From Bacillota bacterium (GTDB lineage: Bacteria > Bacillota_I > Bacilli_A > RF39 > UBA660), in NCBI GenBank assembly GCA_003524085.1, contig DOEC01000006.1, positions 1,146-65,145 of the forward strand: a stretch of DNA of 64,000 nt. The letters are read 5' to 3'. Positions 19,441-27,926 of the stretch are shown here, piece after piece; position 1 is the first letter of the stretch, and each line of letters begins with the position of its first letter. The translations under genes and the position numbers were made by a program. The notes beneath the pieces were generated by a model that was not told where the DNA came from, did no database searches, and saw only the letters and a program-made list of their open reading frames with translations.

Positions 19441-20370
19441 TTATATTTTAGTATAGCATTTGGTTTTCAAAAAACTTTTAATTTCTTTTATATTTTTACT
19501 TTCATAATAATTAATTAAAAGAAGTTTAAATTCATCAGTTAATTCTGAAGGTATACTAATTATTCCTAAACCATTTTTAATAAGATAATGATTAGCAAAT
19601 ATAACTGCAGTTCTTTTGTTACCATCTACATATATTTGTTTTTTCATCGTATATAAAAGTAGTTCTATTGCTTTGTCAACTTTATTATTTTTTTTATTTA
19701 TAATTTTGTTAAGTTCGTCTTTAACATCACTTTCAATGGGTATACCAGGCATCCAAGAAGTTCCACCTATTTTAACTGGAACGCTTCTTATTTTGCCAGC
19801 TGTGCTATAAAATCCTTCTATACATAGTTTATTAATTTCACAAAGTAAATTATAGTCTGTTGGTGAAAGTAATACTCCTTCACTTAGAACAAATTCCCAT
19901 GCATGTTTTAAATCAAGAACTTTTAAAACGTCAGTAGAAGATATTCCACTTACTTCCCCACCTTCAATTATTGTTTCAGTAAGAGCAAAAGTTGTTGATA
20001 TTCCTTCTAAGACTGCTTGTTTGTAAATTGTATCAACTAAATTTCTTTTTGCAAAGTCAACATTTAATTTAACTTTATCGCTAAGAACAAAATTATCTAC
20101 ATTTTCTTCTTTTAAAATATTATTTAATCTTTTTATCTCTTTTTTTAATTCTTTAACTTTTATATTATTATTTAGTATTAGGTTATATAATTCATCACTA
20201 TATTCTCCTACATATCTACTTATTAGTTTTCCATTATCTCTATAGTGAACATAAATATATTTATTACATTCCTTATCTCTAACTTCAATTGAGCCATGTA
20301 TAATAGAAGAAACTTGAGTTTCTAATCTTTTTTTATCATCTAACATACCAATTAATTCAACATTTTTCAT
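19441..20370 (-). CDS. Fic/Doc-family protein with a Doc-type DGNKR motif in which the motif His is replaced by Gln
   Basis: The C-terminal motif reads QIYVDGNKRTAVIFANHYL, against the Doc consensus HxFx(D/N)(A/G)NKR. Confidence 0.45.
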   Translation of the reverse strand: MKNVELIGMLDDKKRLETQVSSIIHGSIEVRDKECNKYIYVHYRDNGKLISRYVGEYSDELYNLILNNNIKVKELKKEIKRLNNILKEENVDNFVLSDKVKLNVDFAKRNLVDTIYKQAVLEGISTTFALTETIIEGGEVSGISSTDVLKVLDLKHAWEFVLSEGVLLSPTDYNLLCEINKLCIEGFYSTAGKIRSVPVKIGGTSWMPGIPIESDVKDELNKIINKKNNKVDKAIELLLYTMKKQIYVDGNKRTAVIFANHYLIKNGLGIISIPSELTDEFKLLLINYYESKNIKEIKSFLKTKCYTKI

Positions 20371-20469
20371 ACTATATCTCCTTTATATACATTATAACAC
20401 ACCTTTAAAAAAATGTGAAACATTTTAAGTGTTTTTTCACTGATTTTGTTTCACATTTTGTTATACTAA

Positions 20470-21480
20470 TTATTTATTACTTTTTATTTCATTAACTAAG
20501 TCTTTAATTGTATATTTAATACTTCTTGTTTGATAATCTAAATCTTTTTTTGCTTTAGCATTTGTAAAGTTAGAATTAGCATTTAATGTATACAATGAAT
20601 ACCTAGTAAATAATGGTGTTGTTTTTCTAAGTCTATAATATAATTCAAATAAAAACGCAATATTTTTAACCATGTTTATTGAAATAACTTTTTTTATTGG
20701 TTTAGCTTTTCCATACTCACAAACCAAATCAGCTATTTTTTTAATAGTTACATATTCACCTGATAAAATATATCCTTCTCCTTTTTTACCTTTAGTACAA
20801 GCATTAATAACACCTCTAGCAACATCTCTTACATCAACAAAGTCATACCCACCCTCAGTTAATAAAGGAACTTTTTCATTTAAGATTTTTTTTATTAAAA
20901 CTGTCATATTAGTATTGGTAAAATCATTTACCCCTAATAAACCTGAGGGGAAAACAACACAAGCATTTAAATTATTGTTTTTAACTTCATTAAATACATA
21001 CCTAGTTGTTTCAGCTTTAGTCTTTGCATATAAACCAACAATTTTATTTGGATCAAAACTTGCATTTTCATCCATTACTTCATGATTTAATTTTTCTTCT
21101 ATTGCATGTACACTACTAACATAGATTAGTTTAGCATTTATTTCTTTGGCTTTTTTTATAATGTTTTTAGTACCTTCAACATTAACTTGATATACTCTTT
21201 CGTTATATTTACTATCAAGGTATACTATTGAAGCACAATGAATAACATAAATATTTGTTTTTTCTTTAACACTTTCATCAATATTAAATATATCCTTTAA
21301 TGTTTCTATCTTTGTTACATCACCAAGGAATTTTTCGCATTTAAGCCCTTTAAGAGCATCTATTTTATCGTTAGGCAAAACTAATGCTCTTATTTCATTT
21401 TCATTATTTTTTTCTAGTAACCTTACAATATTATTTCCAAGAAAGCCATTAGCGCCTGTTATTATATAAATATTTTTCAT
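20470..21480 (-). CDS. NAD(P)-dependent epimerase/dehydratase-family oxidoreductase (extended SDR)
   Basis: The N-terminus has a Rossmann GxxGxxG motif (ITGANGFLGNNIV) and a YxxxK motif is present. Confidence 0.75.
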   Translation of the reverse strand: MKNIYIITGANGFLGNNIVRLLEKNNENEIRALVLPNDKIDALKGLKCEKFLGDVTKIETLKDIFNIDESVKEKTNIYVIHCASIVYLDSKYNERVYQVNVEGTKNIIKKAKEINAKLIYVSSVHAIEEKLNHEVMDENASFDPNKIVGLYAKTKAETTRYVFNEVKNNNLNACVVFPSGLLGVNDFTNTNMTVLIKKILNEKVPLLTEGGYDFVDVRDVARGVINACTKGKKGEGYILSGEYVTIKKIADLVCEYGKAKPIKKVISINMVKNIAFLFELYYRLRKTTPLFTRYSLYTLNANSNFTNAKAKKDLDYQTRSIKYTIKDLVNEIKSNK

Positions 21481-21641
21481 ATATTACACCACCATTTCCT
21501 TATAAATTTTTCTAGAAATACCACCCCATCATAGTGTTCTTGTTCAAATATTAGTAATATATTTGAAATCTATTATTTAAATTCTTAGTAGACCTTTATA
21601 ACCAATTTAATATACAATATTTATTATTACACGTATTTTAT

Positions 21642-22364
21642 TTACCTTTTATGACTTTTCATAAAATCTTTTATTCTTTTATTTTTAGTTGTTTTTAATT
21701 CTTCACTTGTTCCATTAAATATAATATTACCATTTTCTAAAAACAATACTCTCGTTGATACTTCAGTTACAAATCTCATTTCATGACTTACTATAATAAG
21801 AGTCATTTTTTTATTTGCAAGTTCTTTTATTAAATCAAGTACCTCTTTTACCATTTCCGGATCAAGCGCACTAGTGGGTTCATCAAACAAGATTACTTCA
21901 GGTTTCATAATTAATGCTCTTACTATTGCTACTCTTTGTTTTTGACCACCTGAAAGTTCAGATGGATACGCATCTTTCTTATCAAGTAAACCAACACTTT
22001 CTAAAAGTTTTAATGCTTCACTAGTAGATTTTCCTTTACTCATAATTTTTAAATTTATAGGTGCTAAAGTAATGTTTTCTAATACTGTTAAATGTGGAAA
22101 CAAGTTAAAACTTTGAAATACCATACCCATTTTTTCTCTTACATGACTTACATTAATATTGTTTTTAGTTATATCCACTTTATGAAAAAGTATTGTTCCA
22201 TCATCAGGCTTTTCTAATAAATTTAAACATCTTAAAAGTGTTGATTTACCACATCCACTTGGACCAATTATACTTATAACATCTCCCTTTTTAACATCAA
22301 AAGAGACACCTTTTAGTACTTCTAAAGAACCAAAGCTTTTCTTCAAATTCTTAATTTTTAGCAT
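21642..22364 (-). CDS. Amino-acid ABC transporter ATP-binding protein
   Basis: The Walker A motif is GPSGCGKST, the signature is LSGGQKQR and the Walker B motif is ILFDEPTSALD. Confidence 0.9.
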   Translation of the reverse strand: MLKIKNLKKSFGSLEVLKGVSFDVKKGDVISIIGPSGCGKSTLLRCLNLLEKPDDGTILFHKVDITKNNINVSHVREKMGMVFQSFNLFPHLTVLENITLAPINLKIMSKGKSTSEALKLLESVGLLDKKDAYPSELSGGQKQRVAIVRALIMKPEVILFDEPTSALDPEMVKEVLDLIKELANKKMTLIIVSHEMRFVTEVSTRVLFLENGNIIFNGTSEELKTTKNKRIKDFMKSHKR

Positions 22365-23031
22365 TGTTTAGTCTCCTTTCCATTAGGTTTACTAATTTAG
22401 AAAGACCTAAAGTCATTATTAAATATATTATTGCTACAATTATAAGTGGGAAAAAGTAGTCATATGTTCTAGAAGAAATTATGTCCGAAGCTTTTGTTAG
22501 TTCTAAAATTCCAATATATGCTCCTACTGATGTTTCTTTTAAAAGTGTTATAAACTCATTACCTAATGCTGGAAGTATATTTTTTATAGCTTGTGGCAAG
22601 ATTATTAACTTCATAGTCTTATGATAGTTTAATCCTAAACTTAAACCTGCTTCTAATTGTCCGTTGTCTATGCTATTAATTCCAGAACGGATTATTTCAC
22701 TTACATAAGCACCCGAATTTATTCCAAAAGCTATTATCCCAACTAATGTTATATTAATGTTTACACTTTTAAATATTACATAATAGATTATCATTAACTG
22801 AAGTATTACTGGAGTTCCCCTTATTACATTAACATAAATTTCACATATTTTATTTAATATTTTTCCTTTTTTATTTACTTCATAATTATTTCTTATTAAT
22901 GAGACTAACGTTCCAATTATTATACCTATTATAACAGCAAAAAAAGCAATTATAACTGTAGTTGTTAATCCACTCAAAATATATTTATATCTATCATCTA
23001 CAATTAATGTTTTATATAAACTATCTTTCAC
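22351..23031 (-). CDS. Amino-acid ABC transporter permease
   Basis: It is a polytopic membrane protein with an EAA-like loop. It is translationally coupled to the ATPase. Confidence 0.85.
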   Translation of the reverse strand: MKDSLYKTLIVDDRYKYILSGLTTTVIIAFFAVIIGIIIGTLVSLIRNNYEVNKKGKILNKICEIYVNVIRGTPVILQLMIIYYVIFKSVNINITLVGIIAFGINSGAYVSEIIRSGINSIDNGQLEAGLSLGLNYHKTMKLIILPQAIKNILPALGNEFITLLKETSVGAYIGILELTKASDIISSRTYDYFFPLIIVAIIYLIMTLGLSKLVNLMERRLNNAKN

Positions 23032-23044
23032 TCTTTACTCCTTT

Positions 23045-23761
23045 TTATTTTGTATGATTAATTATATATTCTTCTATTTTCCCACTACTTTTTAACTCTT
23101 CTAAACACTCATTAATACTATTAAGTAATTCAGTATTTCCTTTTCTAACTATCATTCCATAAGAGTCAGTTACTAAGTAACCTGGTAATATTTTAAGTTC
23201 TGTATTTTCTTTTACAATTTCTTTAGCTGGTAACTCATCCATAACTAGTACAGTAACTTTTCCTCTTTTTAAGTCCTCTACTGCACTTAAATATTTCTTT
23301 TGTCTTACTATTTCAGTATCTTTAAAGTTTTTTGTTACATAAGAGTCAGCAATTGTACCTAGTTGTACTGCAATTTTTTCTTTTGAAATATTGTTTATAC
23401 TTTCTATATTGCTATCAGTTTTCACTAATACAACCTGTTTAGATGTAACATAATTTATGCTAAAGTCTACTTCTTCGTCTCTTTCAGGAGTATAACTAAT
23501 TCCTGCTGCAGCAAAGTCTGCCTTTTTAGTTTTCACTTCATTTATAAGTGAGTCAAAAGCCACATCCTTAATTACTAATTTCTTGTTTAATTTTTCAGCA
23601 ATATATTTAGCTATGTCAACATCTACTCCTACAATTTCCCCGTTTTCATAATATTCATAAGGAGCAAAACCTGCTTCTGTAACCATTACTAATTCATCAC
23701 TATTTTTAGTACATCCACATAGAATAAAAGTTATAACAATTAACACAAAAATTTTTTTCAT
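23045..23761 (-). CDS. Amino-acid ABC transporter substrate-binding lipoprotein
   Basis: A signal peptide is present with the lipobox LCGC. It has the size and composition of a family-3 SBP. Confidence 0.8.
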   Translation of the reverse strand: MKKIFVLIVITFILCGCTKNSDELVMVTEAGFAPYEYYENGEIVGVDVDIAKYIAEKLNKKLVIKDVAFDSLINEVKTKKADFAAAGISYTPERDEEVDFSINYVTSKQVVLVKTDSNIESINNISKEKIAVQLGTIADSYVTKNFKDTEIVRQKKYLSAVEDLKRGKVTVLVMDELPAKEIVKENTELKILPGYLVTDSYGMIVRKGNTELLNSINECLEELKSSGKIEEYIINHTK

Positions 23762-23835
23762 AATATACCTACTTTCTTAATAATAAATATACCACAAATT
23801 AGTTTCTTTTACAATAAAAAAAGTTAGACTTAACA

Positions 23836-25248
23836 CTAACTTTCTATATATTTTCCATTTAAGCTAAAACTATGAGCTTCAGTAATTATAACATCTACTA
23901 TTTGTCCGATTAAATCTTTATCACTTTCAATATTAACTAGCTTCATATTTTCAGTATATCCCATGTATTTTTTAGGATCTTTTTCGCTTGGAGAAACAAC
24001 TAGGCATTTAACAACTTTATCTACCATTTTTAAGTTACTCTCTAGGCTATATTTATTTACTAGTTCATTTAATTTGTATAGTCTACTTTCTTTTTCTTCT
24101 TTTGGAGTATCATCAGGTAGTTTCATAGCTGGTGTACCCACTCTTGGACTAAATATAAATGTGAAAGCTCCATCAAATTTGCAAGTGTTTACTACGTCAA
24201 GTGTCTCATTAAAATCACTTTCTGTTTCGCCTGGAAATCCAACTATTATATCAGTTGTTATACTTACACCTTTTACTTTAGTTCTTATTTTGTTATATAA
24301 AGTAAGATACTCTTCTTTTGTATACTTTCTTCCCATAAGTTTTAATATTCTATCGCTTCCACTTTGAATTGGTAAGTGCACGTATGGCATAACGTTATCA
24401 TATTTACTTATCACATCTATCATTTCATCAGTAAAGTCCCAAGGATGTGACGTAACAAACCTAATTCTCTCAATATTAGTTTTTGCTACATCTATAAGCA
24501 AGTTTGCTAAAGTATAGTCTTCATACAAGTCTTTTCCATAAGCGTTTACGTTTTGTCCAAGAAGAGTTACTTCTTTGTAGCCTTCACTTTTAAGTTTTTT
24601 TATTTCTTTAATGATGCTTTCCTTTTTTCTACTTCTTTGAGTACCTCTAGTGTAAGGGACTATACAGTATGTACAGAATTTATCACAACCTAATTGTATA
24701 TCTACCCATGCAGAATACTTGCTTTCTCTTTTTTCAGGTATTCCCTCACATATATTACCTTCTATACTATATACTTCTACGTTTTGTTTACCAGTTTTTA
24801 TAGAGTTATTTATTACATTAACCATATTATCTAAGTTGTGTGTTCCAAATACAAAGTCTACATATTTATATTTAGACATAATTTCATTTACTACACTTTC
24901 TTCTTGAGCCATACATCCACATATTCCAAGTAGTATATCATGATTTTCTTTTAATTTTTTAACTAGACCTAGAAAACCAAAGACTTTGTCATGGGCATTT
25001 TCTCTAATAGCACAGGTGTTTAAAATAACTATGCTTGCTTCTTCAATATTGTCAGTTTCAACCATTCCATTTTGTGATAATACTCCTTTTACTCTTTCTC
25101 CATCGTGGACGTTCATTTGACATCCATAAGTTCTTACATAGTATTTTTTCCCTATTAAACTTTCATCTAAACTTACATCTTTATATTCATAATTTATTGG
25201 TTTACTATTGTTTCTTTTTTTTGCTTCTAACATATTAGGTACTTGCAT
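23836..25248 (-). CDS. miaB: tRNA (i6A37) methylthiotransferase MiaB (radical SAM)
   Basis: The N-terminal MTTase block is TYGCQMN, the radical-SAM motif is CDKFCTYC, and a C-terminal TRAM domain is present. Start was chosen at MQVPNM with an AAGGAAG RBS. Confidence 0.85.
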   Translation of the reverse strand: MQVPNMLEAKKRNNSKPINYEYKDVSLDESLIGKKYYVRTYGCQMNVHDGERVKGVLSQNGMVETDNIEEASIVILNTCAIRENAHDKVFGFLGLVKKLKENHDILLGICGCMAQEESVVNEIMSKYKYVDFVFGTHNLDNMVNVINNSIKTGKQNVEVYSIEGNICEGIPEKRESKYSAWVDIQLGCDKFCTYCIVPYTRGTQRSRKKESIIKEIKKLKSEGYKEVTLLGQNVNAYGKDLYEDYTLANLLIDVAKTNIERIRFVTSHPWDFTDEMIDVISKYDNVMPYVHLPIQSGSDRILKLMGRKYTKEEYLTLYNKIRTKVKGVSITTDIIVGFPGETESDFNETLDVVNTCKFDGAFTFIFSPRVGTPAMKLPDDTPKEEKESRLYKLNELVNKYSLESNLKMVDKVVKCLVVSPSEKDPKKYMGYTENMKLVNIESDKDLIGQIVDVIITEAHSFSLNGKYIES

Positions 25249-25384
25249 AAATTCACTTCCTTTCAAGTAGTTACAAATATATCACTAAATGTGGTTATTG
25301 TCAATTATTTTAGGTGTTTTATAAGTTACAAAATTAAGTGAATTCATTGGAAAACCTTTAACAAAACTAAAGGCAGCTAAATCT

Positions 25385-25483
25385 TTGATTTCTGTCAAAA
25401 AGGTGTGACAGTTTCGCACTTTTTTGAAAACATCTTATATGAGCCATTTAAATTTCCAACCACTGGTTGGAATTTTTTTGAAA
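25385..25483 (+). other. Two strong hairpins followed by a T-run: CTGTCAaaaaggtgTGACAG and TTCCAACCAcuGGTTGGAA+TTTTTTT, a terminator-like structure with no upstream plus-strand CDS
   Basis: Both structures are perfect inverted repeats read directly from the sequence. Confidence 0.3.
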
Positions 25484-25559
25484 TTTGTTAGATGGTATTA
25501 TTATAGTACTAGGTACCATTTCTTTTGCTTGAGTTTCTGTTTTTTTCTTTTAATTTGAT

Positions 25560-25997
25560 TTCTTGTTTTCAAAGATAATTTATCGTATTCATTAATTTTT
25601 ATTTTTTTCTCTAAGTGCACGCTCACTTAAATTACCTCGTTTAAGTTATATTAATGTAATACTTGATTTCTCCTAAGTTTTTTAAAGGTAAAAGTAATTT
25701 ATAATGTGACCAAGTCAATTGGTCATCCAATGGATGACCTTTTTCAATAAAATTATGGAATAATCTCATGTATTTAAGATTTGTAATCCCGTAATTTGTA
25801 CCAAATTCTTTTGTTAATTCTTTTGCATACTTTTTAACTATACCTTCGCCGTAGTGTTTACCAGCTTCTGCTAATTCCTTTCCAATATTATAATTCATTG
25901 TTAGTTTTACATTGTTTATCTGATAATTCTTAACTATTAATTTAGCATTACCATTTATTATTTCACTCCTTATATTCTCTAAATAATTTTCTTCCAT
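25560..25997 (-). pseudogene. Fourth DUF1016/YhcG-like copy, frameshifted and 3'-truncated
   Basis: The intact 118-aa N-terminal ORF (MEENYLENIRSEIINGNAK...LTWSHYKLLLPLK) stops at 25638-25640. At that point a 1-nt insertion is present relative to paralog 3. Similarity decays downstream. Confidence 0.7.
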
Positions 25998-26204
25998 GAT
26001 TACATCCTTTCACCATTACAATTGCGTCTGTTTTAAATCTAGTGACAAAAATATTTTGTTTTAATATTCACGTATGTTTTCAAAATTAGTTTTCTCATAT
26101 TTTAAATATGAAATATAAACTTAGATAAATTCTTAATAAGAAATCTACTAGTTATCTTAAAAAATAATCTCATAATTTACTCTCCTTTCTAGGAAAGGCT
26201 TTTT

Positions 26205-26300
26205 AACCCTCCTAATATATTTATTCGACAAAAAACGTGAAAAGCCTTTTTTTATTTTAACTTTACGCGAAATTTAACGTGAAATTTTACACAAAAATGT
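26205..26300 (-). promoter_or_regulatory. Conserved leader element (copy 2), about 200 bp upstream of the truncated fourth copy
   Basis: It is near-identical to 13697-13790. The short TTACA...TGTAA segment is inverted relative to copy 1. Confidence 0.5.
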
Positions 26301-26372
26301 AAAATTTACTAGTGTTTTTATCATTGTCACTTAGTTGTCACTTTATATGTGATAAAATGACATAAATTTAGT

Positions 26373-26401
26373 TGATAAGTAAATTGATTTTTGCTATAAT
26401 A
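26373..26401 (+). promoter_or_regulatory. Sigma-A-type promoter of the Dlt-like cassette (TTGATA-N17-TATAAT)
   Basis: The hexamers were read directly. An AAGGAAG RBS lies before the ATG at 26430. Confidence 0.5.
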
Positions 26402-26429
26402 TTGATGTTTAAAAAAGGAAGTAAGAAGT

Positions 26430-27926
26430 ATGAAACAAGTATTAGAATATTTAGAAAAAAATGACAAAAATAAAACAGCAGTTATATGTGAAAATGAATC
26501 TATTACATATGAAGAGTTAATTAGTAAATCCAAACTAGTTGGGTCTAACCTTATAAATAAAGTTAAAATTAATGAACCAGTAATAGTTTTTATGGATAAA
26601 GGTATAACTACACTAGAAGTATTTTTTGGTATTTTATATAGTGGTGGGTGTTATAGTTTAGTAAATCCAGAGTTTCCTCAAAATAGAATTAAATCTATTT
26701 TAAATACTCTTGAAGCAAAATGCGTTATTACAAATATAGAAAACTATGAAAAAGCTAAAGAAGTTTTTAATGGAATAAATATAATTAAGTGTGAAGATTT
26801 AGTTAGTGGTAGTATTTTAGAAAGTGAATTAGAAAACATTAGAAGATCTAAACTAGACATAGACCCAGTATATATTAATTTTACAAGTGGTAGTACTGGG
26901 GTACCAAAAGGTGTTGTAGTAAGTAATAGAAGTATAATTGATTTTATTGATGTATTTACTAACCTATTTGATATTAAAGAAAGTGACATAATTGCAAACC
27001 AAGCACCATTTGATTTTGATGTTTCAGTAAAAGACATCTATAGCGCACTTTGTAAAGGTTCTACTTTGTTAATAGTACCAAAGAAATTATTTAGTAGTCC
27101 TGCTAATTTGCTTGATTACTTAGTTATAAACAACGCTACTACACTTATCTGGGCAGTCAGTGCATTATGTTTAATTACTACATTCCACGGCCTAGACTAC
27201 AAAGTTCCAACAAGTGTTAACAAAATAATCTATAGTGGTGAAGTAATGCCTCTTAAACACTTGAAAATATGGATGGATAAATTACCTAATGTAAGAGTAA
27301 TTAACGTATATGGTCCAACTGAAATAACTTGTAATTGTACATATCATGAAGTTGACAGAAGTAGAACTTATGTAGAAAATATTCCTATTGGTAAAAGTTT
27401 TCCTAATGAAAAAGTTTTCTTACTTGATGAAGAAAACAAACTAGTTAATACTCCTAATATTTCTGGAGAAATATGTGTAAGTGGAACTTGTCTTAGTTTA
27501 GGATACTATAATAATAAAGAAGTTACAGATAAAGTATTTATGCAAAACCCACTAAACAATAAATACATTGAACCTATTTATAAAACTGGAGACCTAGCAA
27601 TGTATGATGAAAATATGGACTTGTTTTTTAAAGGAAGAAAAGACTTTCAAATTAAATATATGGGCCACAGAATAGAGCTTGAAGAAATAGACACAGAAGT
27701 ACTTAAGTTAGATGGTGTTAAAAGATGTCTCACATTATTTGATGAAAAGAAAAGTAAACTTTGGTGTTTCTATGTAGGAGAAGTTACTAAAGAGGATATT
27801 ATATCTTTCTTAAAAGTAAATGTTCCAGAATACATGGTGCCTACTAAGTATGTTAAGTTAGAAGAGTTTACTCTTACTAAAAATGGTAAAATAGATAGAA
27901 ATGTATTAAAGGAGATGATTAAATGA
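26430..27926 (+). CDS. DltA-like carrier-protein ligase (adenylate-forming enzyme, AMP-binding superfamily)
   Basis: The AMP-binding motif is FTSGSTGVPKGV and YGPTE is present. The size (498 aa) and architecture match D-alanine--D-alanyl carrier protein ligase. Confidence 0.8.
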   Translation: MKQVLEYLEKNDKNKTAVICENESITYEELISKSKLVGSNLINKVKINEPVIVFMDKGITTLEVFFGILYSGGCYSLVNPEFPQNRIKSILNTLEAKCVITNIENYEKAKEVFNGINIIKCEDLVSGSILESELENIRRSKLDIDPVYINFTSGSTGVPKGVVVSNRSIIDFIDVFTNLFDIKESDIIANQAPFDFDVSVKDIYSALCKGSTLLIVPKKLFSSPANLLDYLVINNATTLIWAVSALCLITTFHGLDYKVPTSVNKIIYSGEVMPLKHLKIWMDKLPNVRVINVYGPTEITCNCTYHEVDRSRTYVENIPIGKSFPNEKVFLLDEENKLVNTPNISGEICVSGTCLSLGYYNNKEVTDKVFMQNPLNNKYIEPIYKTGDLAMYDENMDLFFKGRKDFQIKYMGHRIELEEIDTEVLKLDGVKRCLTLFDEKKSKLWCFYVGEVTKEDIISFLKVNVPEYMVPTKYVKLEEFTLTKNGKIDRNVLKEMIK

